A stretch of 55,366 bases of DNA from Anaerolineae bacterium (GCA_050049355.1 JASFWK010000004.1:1-55366), one strand, 5' to 3'. Positions 10,331 to 20,304 are shown, numbered from the stretch's first letter. Numbers and translations: made by a program. The notes: generated by a model from the letters alone, not told the origin.

Positions 10331-11566
10331 TCAGCGTCCAAGGAGCGATTGAGGGAAGTCTCGCGGGGGCGGGGCTGGACGGAAGCGTGAGCCATAGACC
10401 AGGTCATCCGCCCAGATCAGGAAGCGGCGTGAGGCCGGGATGTGGAAAGCCAGTTGAGCCACCAGTCGATGGAAAAGGGTGGGGGGCTTCGACCAGGGGC
10501 ATACTGCCTGACAGATTGTGCACGCGGATCCTCGCTGGTTCCAGTAGAGCTTGCACTTGACTGGCTCAATCTGCCACTTGCGCACGCCGCGAACTATGAC
10601 CTTGTCCCCCTTGTGAATCGCACCAGAGGGACAGTTGTCGGCGCACTTCAGACACTTGTCACAGAAGTCCTGCACGCCCAGATCGACCGGCGGATCTAGC
10701 GCCAACGGAAGGTCTGTGGTCACGCAGGCCAGGCGCAGGTTGGCGCCCAGCTCTGGGTGCAGAAGGAAACCGCACCTGCCCAATTCCCCCAGCCCGGCAT
10801 CCACCGCCACTGGCACCACGAGCACTCCGTAGTTGCGGAGGTGGTGGGCGCGGGCGGGCCAGCCGAGAGCTCGGATGTAGCTGGCGGTCTGGACCGCGAC
10901 GAGGGCGCTCAGCGCGTATACCCGACCCACCTCGAAGTCGGAGTGAGGGGTGCCGCCCGTGCGCATCAGGTCCAAGTTCTGCTTGAAGGCCATCGCGATG
11001 GCGTAACGGTGGTGGATCTCAATCGAGTCGCCCCATTTCAGCCCGTTGTAGCCACCAGGGAGACCCCGCACGAGCGGCGAGTTGGAGCCGCAGTCGGTGA
11101 AGAAGGGGGGCATGCCTCGGTGCGAGTAGACCCAGGCGGGCCGGAGGGGGCCGATGCGCACATCGTGGGCTCCGAGGTAGTGGGCCAGCGCCTTGACGTG
11201 GGCAGCCATCTCGGAAAGGGTACCCTTCACCTGCGTGGAAGCCACTTCGCCATCGACCACATCGGGCAGAGCCAGACCGAGGATGGGATCGAAGGTGGCG
11301 TGGTAGAGGGCCGCATCGTCCTGGGCTGCAGGGCCCTCTGAGTGGCCGAGTGAGTCGGCAGAGGTCGCCAGGCGGTGGTCGACCTCGGTCAGCTCGGGCC
11401 GCAGGTTGTGGTAGGCTTTCTCTTCTGGGCTCCCCCGCGTCAGCCGCTCGCGGGAGAAGACGGTGTCCCGTTCATCGAAGCGAGTAAGTTCCCCCACGAC
11501 CTCATAGGTTGGGCGCTTGGTCTTGTGGGTCAACCCTGATCCCTTTCTTGTCGGCACTAAGAGCAT
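10331..11566 (-). CDS. reductive dehalogenase-like (RdhA/QueG family) cobalamin and 2x[4Fe-4S] protein
   Basis: YIRALGWPARAH, AVDAGLGELGR, VTTDLPL..D.P.DLGV, FCDKCLKCADNCP, C...CTICQAVCPW; start may be TTG 11533. Confidence 0.8.
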   Translation of the reverse strand: MLLVPTRKGSGLTHKTKRPTYEVVGELTRFDERDTVFSRERLTRGSPEEKAYHNLRPELTEVDHRLATSADSLGHSEGPAAQDDAALYHATFDPILGLALPDVVDGEVASTQVKGTLSEMAAHVKALAHYLGAHDVRIGPLRPAWVYSHRGMPPFFTDCGSNSPLVRGLPGGYNGLKWGDSIEIHHRYAIAMAFKQNLDLMRTGGTPHSDFEVGRVYALSALVAVQTASYIRALGWPARAHHLRNYGVLVVPVAVDAGLGELGRCGFLLHPELGANLRLACVTTDLPLALDPPVDLGVQDFCDKCLKCADNCPSGAIHKGDKVIVRGVRKWQIEPVKCKLYWNQRGSACTICQAVCPWSKPPTLFHRLVAQLAFHIPASRRFLIWADDLVYGSRFRPAPPPRDFPQSLLGR

Positions 11567-11578
11567 CGAATCGCGTGT

Positions 11579-11607
11579 AGTCTACCACACGCCACTGTGA
11601 GTGCCAA
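11579..11607 (-). promoter_or_regulatory. promoter of RdhA-like gene
   Basis: minus strand TTGGCA-17-TAGACT with TGn extension. Confidence 0.55.
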
Positions 11608-11835
11608 CTCGTCTTGAATGCGACAGATGCTCGCTGCGCCGGGTCTTGTGGGGCGCGGGATTCGCGGCGAATTCGTTTCTGCTCCTTGTTCAGAGACCCG
11701 CCACTGAGAACATCTTGTGAAGGATGTGATCTTGCCCGGAGTGCTCCCGCGAGGGGAGCTGCAGGCTGTGAGTGCGGATCATACCTGGGCTGGGCGTTGA
11801 ATCAGATCGCAGCGAAAACTCAAGCAGTCCCCCTC

Positions 11836-11864
11836 TTGCTCGCGGCTTCCCCGTCGTGTATAAT
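11836..11864 (+). promoter_or_regulatory. promoter of MFS gene
   Basis: TTGCTC-17-TATAAT. Confidence 0.7.
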
Positions 11865-11979
11865 CCGCCCCAGACCGTGACTCAGGGGCCGGTGCTTCTC
11901 CTGGCGGTGGACCGTATCTGCCCTGCCGGAGAAGCACCATTCTTCTTGCGGGAAGTTCCTCGCACCAAAGGGTGCATAA

Positions 11980-13233
11980 ATGACCAGACAACCTAGCTTC
12001 TCCATAGAGCGATGGCCGCAACGTGTGTTCCGGAGATTCAGGGAAGCCACTGCCGGTTACCCTCGTCAGTTTTGGTTCCTGTTCTGGGGTCTGCTGATCA
12101 GCGCCTCCGGACGCAGCATGGTCTGGCCGTTTATGACCATCTACATGCGCCAGGAACTGGGGGTCTCTCTAACCACCGTCACCCTGCTGCTCACCCTCAA
12201 CTCGGCCACCGGGTTGGTCGCTACCACGGTAGCCGGCCCGATCGTGGACCGATTCGGCCGGAAGGGCGCAATGATCCTGAGCTTGGCGGCCAGCAGCGCA
12301 ACGTTGATGGGTATGAGTGTGGCTGGCACGCTGGATCTTTGGACCATCCTGATGGCACTCAGCGGTGCCTTCGGTCCGCTCTACCGCGTAGGCAGCAACT
12401 CGATGGTGGCTGATCTCATCGAGCCTGAGCGTCGGGCGCAGTCCTATGCTCTGCTGCGAATGATCTCCAACGTCGGGGTGGCGATCGGCCCATCGCTCGG
12501 TGGTTTTGTGACCAGCGTTTCGTATGCACTTGCGTTCTGGATCGGAGCAGGGGCCAGTGCCTTCTTCGCTCTGCTCATCCTATTCTTTGTCGCTGAGACG
12601 CTGCCGAAAGGGGGGGAGGTCGCTGACCGGTCGCGGACGGATACCGGCTATGGTCAGGTTCTGCGGGACTGGCCGTTCCTGGCCGTTTCCGGTATCTACG
12701 CGCTGAGCGGGATGCCCTACGCGATGTTGATGGTGCTTCTACCAGTCTATGCCAAGGAGAACTTTGGCGTACCAGAGAGCCAGTACGGCTTCATCATGGC
12801 CGCCAATGCAACGATGGTGGTGCTGTTCCAGTACCTTGTCACGCGGATCACCGAGCGGCATCGTCCCCTGCCGGTGCTGGCACTCGGTTCGCTGTTCTAT
12901 GCGCTGGGGGTGGGCAGTGTGGCCCTCTGGTGGAACTTCCCTACTTTCCTGCTCAGCATGGTGGTCGTCACCGTTGGGGAGATGATCTTGATCCCTACGT
13001 CTACGGCGCTGACGGCCAATCTGGCGCCGCCCGACATGCGTGGCCGATACATGAGCGTCTATGGCCTGACGTGGGGGGCCGGTTTCGGGATAGGTCCAGT
13101 GATCGGGGGGCTGCTGAATGACTATGTGGCGCCGGTGGCGATATGGTACGGGGGCCTGGTCGTGGGGATCGCAGCGGCGTTGGGATTCGCCTTGCTGGGG
13201 TTGGTACTGCGGAGACGCAAGTCTTCGCGGTAG
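11980..13233 (+). CDS. MFS transporter (drug:H+ antiporter-like)
   Basis: about 12 TM segments, motif A GPIVDRFGRK, APPDMRGRY. Confidence 0.93.
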   Translation: MTRQPSFSIERWPQRVFRRFREATAGYPRQFWFLFWGLLISASGRSMVWPFMTIYMRQELGVSLTTVTLLLTLNSATGLVATTVAGPIVDRFGRKGAMILSLAASSATLMGMSVAGTLDLWTILMALSGAFGPLYRVGSNSMVADLIEPERRAQSYALLRMISNVGVAIGPSLGGFVTSVSYALAFWIGAGASAFFALLILFFVAETLPKGGEVADRSRTDTGYGQVLRDWPFLAVSGIYALSGMPYAMLMVLLPVYAKENFGVPESQYGFIMAANATMVVLFQYLVTRITERHRPLPVLALGSLFYALGVGSVALWWNFPTFLLSMVVVTVGEMILIPTSTALTANLAPPDMRGRYMSVYGLTWGAGFGIGPVIGGLLNDYVAPVAIWYGGLVVGIAAALGFALLGLVLRRRKSSR

Positions 13234-13329
13234 TCTGACGCCACTACCCTCACGTCGGCCTCCAGGCACTCCTTGCCGAATTCGCGGGTAACTCTTTCCT
13301 GGTGGCAGACCTCTGTCGATGCATGCCGT

Positions 13330-14994
13330 CTAGGAAGATCCCTTCCTGTCTCTCGCGCTTCGCGAAAAGGCCAGGCTGACCAGGCTCATGCTGATCAGCA
13401 GGACCCCGACCAGCGGCAGGGCCGAGCCGGACGGGGCGGCCAGATGGCGCAGGGCGAGGTTGGCGGGGGAGGGCGTTGTTGATGGAGTGGGCGGCAGCGT
13501 GGGCGCGGGAGTGGGAGATGGAGTTGGCGTGGAGGTAGGCATGCTGGTCGGTGTGATGGTGGGAGTGGGTGTGTGCGTGGGCGCAGGGGTCGCGGTAGGC
13601 AGCGAAGGCACCTCCACAGCCGGGCTGGTCGGAGAGGGTGCAGGTAGCGGAGCGGAGGTATCACCCGGTGCATCCTCCACCAGCATCAGTGGCGCACCTC
13701 CGATCAGACACTGCCTCTCGTAGGCGCAGCCTGGCAGGTTCAATGTGTAGTAGCCGCGCTCTGGGTGGACAGTGCGCGCCCCGCCCCACATATCCACCAG
13801 GAGCCCGCGTGTTGTCTGTGCTGGTATGATAACCGTCTGCGGCGAGGGAGTGCGGGACCAGACGACGGTCGTGGTCTGTTCGCCCCGGTTCACGACCACC
13901 ACGCTGACCTCTTCCCGCCGTTCCCATGTGGCGGAGCGAAAACCGGCCAGATAGTTGATCGCGACCTGATAGGCGGTGAAGGCCGGCCGGCGAGTGCCGT
14001 CCGCCCGTACAAGGCCGAACGGCTCTGGATTTGCCGTTAGATCACGCTCCGTGTCGGACATCTTGTAGACGGCCATGCGTTCTGCCCCCCCGGCGATCCC
14101 CAGTGCTGTCGCTTGGATGATGTAGGCAGCCTGATCCTCGAGTGTCACCTTGAACTGGGCGTCCGGCACGGGCCAGGCCGGATCTTCGGAGGGAGCGGCG
14201 TTCGTCTCGGCTATCCAGATCGGCTTGTCTAGACCATACTCTCGCATCAAGTTGCGATAGAAGACGGTCAGGTCGTAGACGTTCTCCGGTTGGAAGTAGA
14301 TGTGGAGAGTGGCGACATCGAAGTAGTAGTTATGGGGTGCGGCGTTAGGGTCGGCGGTGATGATCTGCAGGAGTCGTCGGAAGAAGAGCTCGCGGCCATA
14401 GTTGGCGTCCCACCAGTGGGTAACCGCGGCCAGGTGGACCGTGGCGTTGGGATTGGTCTCCTTGACTGCTCCGTAGGAGACGCGCATCAGCTGAGCGAAG
14501 TCCTCCACGGACCCGCCCCAGCTTTGATGATAGGTGTCCCAGATGTCCGGCTCGTTCCAGATGATCCAGTGGTCGATCCTGCCGGCGTAGCGGGCCACGA
14601 GGGCGCTGAGGAAATCAGCCCAGAGGTTGTTGGGATCGTTGTGGCCCAGGTACAGCCCCTGCGGGACACCCGCCCCACGTCCCGGATCTGTTGCCCAGGC
14701 GGGGGTGTTCACCACCAACCCCACCACCTGCCGGCCCTGGGACAGTTCCAGGGCCAATTGCTCGTCGGTGATGGGGAGATTCCATTCCTCCTCGGGGCCG
14801 TCGGGCTGAATCTCGCTCCAAATGAAGGTGACGCGCGTCCAACCTGCCCCCAGGTCGGAAGCAGCCCACGGGGCAATGTGGGCCTCGACGACGCCGAAGC
14901 GGTAATCGGGGCTGGCGGCCCAGGCGGGTGACGGACTTGGGCCGAGGGCGAGAAGCAGCAGGGCGGTCAGAAGCAGGATGGATGATCGTATCAT
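13330..14994 (-). CDS. secreted clan GH-A glycoside hydrolase (GH39/GH5-like) with Pro/Thr linker and C-terminal anchor
   Basis: signal peptide, IIWNEPD acid/base, PIWIAETN nucleophile, PT repeats, hydrophobic plus basic tail. Confidence 0.8.
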   Translation of the reverse strand: MIRSSILLLTALLLLALGPSPSPAWAASPDYRFGVVEAHIAPWAASDLGAGWTRVTFIWSEIQPDGPEEEWNLPITDEQLALELSQGRQVVGLVVNTPAWATDPGRGAGVPQGLYLGHNDPNNLWADFLSALVARYAGRIDHWIIWNEPDIWDTYHQSWGGSVEDFAQLMRVSYGAVKETNPNATVHLAAVTHWWDANYGRELFFRRLLQIITADPNAAPHNYYFDVATLHIYFQPENVYDLTVFYRNLMREYGLDKPIWIAETNAAPSEDPAWPVPDAQFKVTLEDQAAYIIQATALGIAGGAERMAVYKMSDTERDLTANPEPFGLVRADGTRRPAFTAYQVAINYLAGFRSATWERREEVSVVVVNRGEQTTTVVWSRTPSPQTVIIPAQTTRGLLVDMWGGARTVHPERGYYTLNLPGCAYERQCLIGGAPLMLVEDAPGDTSAPLPAPSPTSPAVEVPSLPTATPAPTHTPTPTITPTSMPTSTPTPSPTPAPTLPPTPSTTPSPANLALRHLAAPSGSALPLVGVLLISMSLVSLAFSRSARDRKGSS

Positions 14995-15006
14995 AGCGTG
15001 GAGGAC

Positions 15007-15035
15007 ATTGTATCAGAAAGGGAACAGGGCGGCAA
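15007..15035 (-). promoter_or_regulatory. promoter directly upstream of GH39-like gene
   Basis: minus strand TTGCCG-17-TACAAT with TGn, 12 nt before ATG 14994. Confidence 0.65.
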
Positions 15036-15291
15036 ACGGGTCACCTGTCGATGCGCCCCCGCGGCCTTCGACAAGCTGGAATGCTCAAATGGCGGGGATT
15101 GCCGCAGGAGGCGGCACGAAGCTCACCATTGACACTCAAAGGAATTGGCGCCAGATACCAGAAGCCAACCTTGCCCATATGTGAACTCTGCAAGGCTCAT
15201 CGACGCGAAACACCTTTGCACTGCGAGCCAACGCTGCCAAATATGCGCTACCTGGCCCATGATGAAAAGTCTTAAAGTTTTCTCTGGGTAC

Positions 15292-15345
15292 TGGACGTGG
15301 GGCAAGAAGTGGTGTATAATGGGTCAAAATGGGCCGAAGTGGGGC
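15292..15345 (+). promoter_or_regulatory. dcw (mraZ) promoter with MraZ-box direct repeats
   Basis: TGGACG-17-TATAAT (15315-15320); TGG(G) repeats at 15310, 15320, 15330, 15340 with a 10-bp period. Confidence 0.8.
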
Positions 15346-15399
15346 GTCGGCCCTCTCTAGACCTCGATTTTAGGCCCCAGGTGGGGCGGCGTAGAACAC

Positions 15400-15828
15400 A
15401 TGTTCTTAGGCGAGTATGTTCACAGCATAGACAGCAAGGGGCGCCTGACTATCCCCGCCAAGTTCCGCGGAGAGCTTGGTACTGGCCTGGTGGTCACACG
15501 CGGGATGGATCGCTGTCTCGTTGTTTACCCAATGCGAGCCTGGCGGCAGCTGACGGAGCGGGCTTCTCAACTGCCGATGACTGATCGCACGGCGCGAGAT
15601 TTCCGCCGCCTGATCTTTGCCAACGCGACTGACACTGTCCCCGATAGCCAGGGACGCATCAACATTCCCCAGCCTCTCCTGGACTACGCAGGTCTGGACT
15701 CACAGGCAGTGATTGCAGGATGTGATTCGTACATCGAACTGTGGAGTCCGGAGATCTGGACGGGCGTGCGGACCAGGGTCGAGGAAAGTGACGACGACAT
15801 TGAGCGATGGGCAGCCCTGGGAATCTAG
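15400..15828 (+). CDS. mraZ: division/cell wall cluster transcriptional repressor MraZ
   Basis: [30 protein letters not shown]. Confidence 0.97.
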   Translation: MFLGEYVHSIDSKGRLTIPAKFRGELGTGLVVTRGMDRCLVVYPMRAWRQLTERASQLPMTDRTARDFRRLIFANATDTVPDSQGRINIPQPLLDYAGLDSQAVIAGCDSYIELWSPEIWTGVRTRVEESDDDIERWAALGI

Positions 15829-16763
15829 AGGCCTTCGCCAAGAGAAGTGGCCATGTGTCTGTTCTCGTGCCGGAGGTGCTGAAGTTCCTGGAGGTACGGC
15901 CTGGTGGCACTTACGTGGATGGGACGGTCGGAGGTGGGGGGCACGCGGCCGCGATCTTGGAGGCTTCTGCTCCTGACGGGCGGCTGCTGGGAGTGGACCG
16001 GGATCCAAAGGCTCTGGAGATAGCCGCACGCCGCTTGAGCCCCCTTGGTGAGCGAGCTGTCCTTCGTCACGGTTCCTTTGCCCACCTGACCGAGCTGGCG
16101 GAAGACTTCGTCCCCGCCGATGGGGTGCTACTGGATCTGGGGCTTTCCTCCCTCCAACTGGCGGACCCAGAGCGGGGCTTCGCTTTTTCCCGCGAGGGGC
16201 CCTTGGACATGCGATTCGACCCGACAGCAGGCGGTCCCACAGCGGCTGATTTGGTCAACCAACTGGCTGTTAAAGAGCTTGCAGATCTATTATACCACTA
16301 TGGTGAGGAACGGCAAGCCAGGCGTATCGCTGGAGCGATCGTCTCGGCGCGGCCGCTGAACACCACGACGCAGCTGGCCGATGTGGTCTGCCAGGCGACC
16401 GGCCGACGGCGAGGCCGGATACACCCAGCGACGCGCACCTTTCAAGCCTTGCGCATCGCTGTCAACGATGAACTGACTGCGCTGGAGACAGCGCTTCCTC
16501 AAGTACTGGAACTACTGGCGGACGGGGGGCGGTTGGTGGTCATGAGCTTCCATTCCTTGGAGGATCGCATCGTCAAGCGGTTCCTGCGGCGCGAGTCTAC
16601 CGACTGCGTTTGTCCACCGGAGATACCGGTCTGCATGTGCGATCACCGTGCCCGGGTGCAGGTGCTGACATCGAAGCCGGTCCGTCCTACACCGGAGGAG
16701 GTGGAAATCAATCCCCGATCCCGCTCAGCCCGCCTGCGAGCGGCGGAGCGAATTGGTGGATGA
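15807..16763 (+). CDS. rsmH: 16S rRNA m4C1402 methyltransferase RsmH
   Basis: [61 protein letters not shown]. Confidence 0.97.
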   Translation: MGSPGNLEAFAKRSGHVSVLVPEVLKFLEVRPGGTYVDGTVGGGGHAAAILEASAPDGRLLGVDRDPKALEIAARRLSPLGERAVLRHGSFAHLTELAEDFVPADGVLLDLGLSSLQLADPERGFAFSREGPLDMRFDPTAGGPTAADLVNQLAVKELADLLYHYGEERQARRIAGAIVSARPLNTTTQLADVVCQATGRRRGRIHPATRTFQALRIAVNDELTALETALPQVLELLADGGRLVVMSFHSLEDRIVKRFLRRESTDCVCPPEIPVCMCDHRARVQVLTSKPVRPTPEEVEINPRSRSARLRAAERIGG

Positions 16764-16835
16764 GATCCAACCGAGGGGAGCTCCGCGCGCCATCCTCGGG
16801 CGGGGAGGGTGGGACATATTCTGAGGAGTAGGAAG

Positions 16836-17153
16836 GTGGGGCAGATCGTATCTTGGGTGGCTCACGGATTCCGTCAACGTGGGACGGGACTGAGCCCCCG
16901 TGCGGTTGGGCTGCTCCTCGCACTGCTCTTGCTGATCGCCCTGTTGGCTGCGGCTCGACTTGTCCTGATAAGCAAGGTGGCGGCGGCCGCGCGTGACCTT
17001 CAAGAGATGAGGAGGGACCTCAGCGGATTGCAGCAGGAGAACGCCGACTTGGAGGTGGAGATCGCCGGTTGGCGGTCGGTGGAGGGGCTGTTGGACAGAG
17101 CCCGCGAGCTGGATCTGGAACATGCGGAGGAGATTAGGTTCGTGGAACCGTAG
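16836..17153 (+). CDS. ftsL: FtsL-like cell division protein
   Basis: single TM plus coiled coil (LQQENADLEVEIA...ARELDL) between rsmH and ftsI; start uncertain (16809 or 16836). Confidence 0.7.
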   Translation: MGQIVSWVAHGFRQRGTGLSPRAVGLLLALLLLIALLAAARLVLISKVAAAARDLQEMRRDLSGLQQENADLEVEIAGWRSVEGLLDRARELDLEHAEEIRFVEP

Positions 17154-17165
17154 CTAGGAGTTCCG

Positions 17166-18869
17166 GTGTTTGAACACGCACGTCGTCGACTGGGGCTGAT
17201 AGCCATCCTGCTCTTCGCTCTAGCCGCGCTGCTTGTCGCGCGGCTGGTTGTGTTGCAGGTTGTGCGAGGGGCGAGCTACGAAACGTCGGGTCGCGAGGGG
17301 CGAAAGGCCCAGTTGCGGCTGCCGGATTCGCCGCGCGGGTGCATTCGCGATCGGAACGGGTTTCTGCTGGCGGGCAACCGCCCGTTGTACGCGATTGAGG
17401 CATACCCTGCCTACATTCCGGAGCCAGACGTGACGGAAGTGGTTGACCAGCTGGCCCCACTCCTGCAGATTGCCCGCGCCTACCTGCACGTGATCCTGAG
17501 CGGCGAGGAGGAGTGGGTGATTCTGGAACCGGAAGCTACCCCGCAGCTGGCCCAGCTCGTTGATCAGGTGCACGCGGGAGGTATAGGTACGCAGCTCTGG
17601 TGGGGACGGGTCTATCCAGCGGGGGAACTGACCGCCCTGGTGTTGGGCTTCGTTGGCAAAGGAGGCGAGGAGGGGTTCTACGGCATAGAGGGCTTCTATG
17701 AAGGGAAGTTGAGTCCCACGCGGGTCAGCTGGGAGGGGGAGGTTGACGCCCAGACCCGCGATCCGCTTCCTTTTGAGGAGGGGACGATCGAGCCTCCGCT
17801 GCCAGGGGTGGACCTGGATCTAACGCTCGATTTGGCCGTGCAGGAGTTGGCGGGGCAGGAACTCGCCCGCGCCCTGGATGAATTCAGGGCGGAGAGCGGA
17901 ACCGTCATCGTGATGGACCCTCGCACTGGGGCGATACTAGCCATGGTTAGCTTCCCCTCCTACGATCCAGACCGATACGATGAGTACGCTGAGCGGAACG
18001 AGCGGCTGTTCGTGAATCCAGCGGTCGGATCTCAGTACGAGCCGGGCTCGGTCTTCAAGATCGTGACCATGGCAGCGGCGCTGGATAGCGGTACGGTCAC
18101 TCCTGAAACGACGTACGCGGATGAGGGACAGATTGAGCACGGGGGGGAGGTGACGTACAACTGGGATCGGCGGGCATATGGCGAGCAGGACATGTCCGGC
18201 ATATTGATTCACTCCTTGAATGTCGGGGCCGTCTGGTTGAGCGTGCGGATGGGGCCGGATGTCTTCTACCGCTATGTGCACGCCTTTGGCATAGGCAGTC
18301 TCACCGGGGTGGACATCCAGGAGGAGGTGGCGGGGGAGCTGCGGGTCCCAGGCGATCTGGACTGGCACGACTCAGACCTGGCGGCGAATGCGTACGGGCA
18401 GGCCCTGGCGGTTACACCGATCCAGATGATCTCCGCCGTGGCTGCGGTGGCGAACGATGGCCGCCTCATGCGTCCTCATTTTGTCAGCCGGCAGGTTGCG
18501 CCGGATGGGGCGGTGCGCACCCGTCATCCTGTGGTACTCGGCCAGCCCATCTCCCCCGAGGTAGCCCATACGCTGACGGAGATGCTTGTGGAGGTGGTTG
18601 AGCAAGAGGTACACCAGGCGCGGGTCCCGGGCTACCGCGTCGCCGGGAAGACTGGCACAGCTGAGATCCCGGTCCCCGGAGGATACGATGAGCAGGAGAC
18701 GATCGCCTCATTCGTCGGGTATGGCCCGGCCGATGATCCGCAGTTGATCATTCTGGTCAAGCTGGATCGCCCACAGACTTCGCGCTTTGGGGGGGATACA
18801 GCGGCGGTGGTCTTCAGCCGCCTAGCCTCACAGCTGTTTCCTATGCTGGGCGTTCAACCGGTAGAGTAG
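17166..18869 (+). CDS. ftsI: class B penicillin-binding protein (FtsI-like)
   Basis: N-terminal TM, RG.I.DRNG, EPGSVFK (SxxK), SLN, KTGTAE. Confidence 0.92.
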   Translation: MFEHARRRLGLIAILLFALAALLVARLVVLQVVRGASYETSGREGRKAQLRLPDSPRGCIRDRNGFLLAGNRPLYAIEAYPAYIPEPDVTEVVDQLAPLLQIARAYLHVILSGEEEWVILEPEATPQLAQLVDQVHAGGIGTQLWWGRVYPAGELTALVLGFVGKGGEEGFYGIEGFYEGKLSPTRVSWEGEVDAQTRDPLPFEEGTIEPPLPGVDLDLTLDLAVQELAGQELARALDEFRAESGTVIVMDPRTGAILAMVSFPSYDPDRYDEYAERNERLFVNPAVGSQYEPGSVFKIVTMAAALDSGTVTPETTYADEGQIEHGGEVTYNWDRRAYGEQDMSGILIHSLNVGAVWLSVRMGPDVFYRYVHAFGIGSLTGVDIQEEVAGELRVPGDLDWHDSDLAANAYGQALAVTPIQMISAVAAVANDGRLMRPHFVSRQVAPDGAVRTRHPVVLGQPISPEVAHTLTEMLVEVVEQEVHQARVPGYRVAGKTGTAEIPVPGGYDEQETIASFVGYGPADDPQLIILVKLDRPQTSRFGGDTAAVVFSRLASQLFPMLGVQPVE

Positions 18870-18888
18870 TTGCTGCGGGGTATATGGG

Positions 18889-20304
18889 ATGCTGACACTA
18901 GCTGACATTGTGCAGGGGCTCACGGGACATCGACCGCCTGGACTGGAGCGACGGCCCACCCGGGTGTCTGTGGATTCTCGGGAAATTGGCCCTGGAGATG
19001 TCTTCGTCGCTCTCATGGGGGAGGAGGGCGATGGTCACGACTACGTGGGAGATGCCCTGGCGGCCGGCGCGGCCGTGGCGGTCGTGGAGAAACCCGTTGA
19101 CGTCGACGTGCCGACGGTCGACCTAACGAAACGACCGCCTACCTTGCCCAAGGCTTGGTCGGTGCCGGTTCTGTTGGAGGTATCCAACAGCCTCAAGGCG
19201 CTTCAGCAACTCGCTGCCTATTGGCGCAGGCGATACTCGCCGCGGGTAGTTGGCATCACAGGCAGTGTGGGCAAGACGACCACGAAGGAACTGACAGCTG
19301 ATGTGCTCTCCCGGCGGTTTGTGACGCTCAAGAGCGAGCGTTCCTACAACAATGAGATCGGTCTTCCGCTCACCGTGCTCCGGCTGACGGACGAACACGA
19401 GCAGGTGGTGCTGGAGATGGGAATGTACGATGTGGGGGAGATTGCTGAACTGGCCGAGATCGCGCTTCCTCACGTGGGCGTGGTGACCATTATTGGGCCG
19501 GTTCACCTGGAGCGAGCGCGGACCATGGAGCGGATCGTGCAGGCCAAGACGGAATTGGTCGAGGCTCTTCCACCGGCTCCGGAGGGGATAGCGATCCTCA
19601 ACTACGATGACAAGCAGGTCCTGGGTATGAGGGAGGCCACGCATGCGCGAATCCTCACCTATGGTCTCTCTCCCGAAGCTGACCTGTATGCAGATGAGAT
19701 TGAGGGGCTAGGACTTGAGGGGATCAGATTCCGGCTTCATCACGCAGGCGAGACGCTACATGTGCGGATCCCTCTGCTGGGCCGCCATTCCGTTCACACG
19801 GCCCTGCGTGCGTCGGCGGTTGGGTTGGTGGAGGGGCTGACCTGGCAGGAGATCCTTGAGGGGCTGCGGACTCCATCCCCGCAATTGAGGCTCGTGGCCG
19901 TGCCAGGCCCTCAGGGCTCTACCATCCTGGACGATACCTACAACGCCAGTCCAGCCTCAACCATTGCGGCGCTCAACCTCCTGGGCGAGTTGGAGGGGCG
20001 CAAGATCGCTGTGCTGGGAGACATGCTGGAGCTGGGGGACTACGAGCGCGAGGGGCACGAGAAGGTCGGCCTGCGGGCGCTGGAGGTCGTGGATGTGCTG
20101 ATCGCCGTCGGACGACTAGGGCGCATCATTGGCGAATCTGCACTGCGCTGGGGAATGGACCCTGAACGGGTCCATGTGGAGGAGGACAACACTGCCGCCA
20201 CCCAACTCCTGGAGCGGTTGGTAGGCGAGGGCGATGTGATCCTCGTCAAGGGATCGCGGGGCATGAAGATGGAAGAGATCGTCAACGCGCTGGGGAAGGG
20301 TTAG
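18889..20304 (+). CDS. murF: UDP-MurNAc-tripeptide--D-Ala-D-Ala ligase
   Basis: ITGSVGKTTTKE, NNEIGLP, DDTYNASP, LGDMLELG, VKGSRG. Confidence 0.97.
   Translation: MLTLADIVQGLTGHRPPGLERRPTRVSVDSREIGPGDVFVALMGEEGDGHDYVGDALAAGAAVAVVEKPVDVDVPTVDLTKRPPTLPKAWSVPVLLEVSNSLKALQQLAAYWRRRYSPRVVGITGSVGKTTTKELTADVLSRRFVTLKSERSYNNEIGLPLTVLRLTDEHEQVVLEMGMYDVGEIAELAEIALPHVGVVTIIGPVHLERARTMERIVQAKTELVEALPPAPEGIAILNYDDKQVLGMREATHARILTYGLSPEADLYADEIEGLGLEGIRFRLHHAGETLHVRIPLLGRHSVHTALRASAVGLVEGLTWQEILEGLRTPSPQLRLVAVPGPQGSTILDDTYNASPASTIAALNLLGELEGRKIAVLGDMLELGDYEREGHEKVGLRALEVVDVLIAVGRLGRIIGESALRWGMDPERVHVEEDNTAATQLLERLVGEGDVILVKGSRGMKMEEIVNALGKG

Noticed and set aside
11590-11710. GCCACTG twice and GAGACC suggesting a cobalamin riboswitch near the RdhA-like gene
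   Set aside because: Wrong strand for that gene, wrong element order, and the predicted promoter leaves no room for a leader.
13495-13640. Periodic G-rich sequence, also at about 7755-7830
   Set aside because: Simply encodes Pro/Thr linkers of minus-strand secreted proteins.
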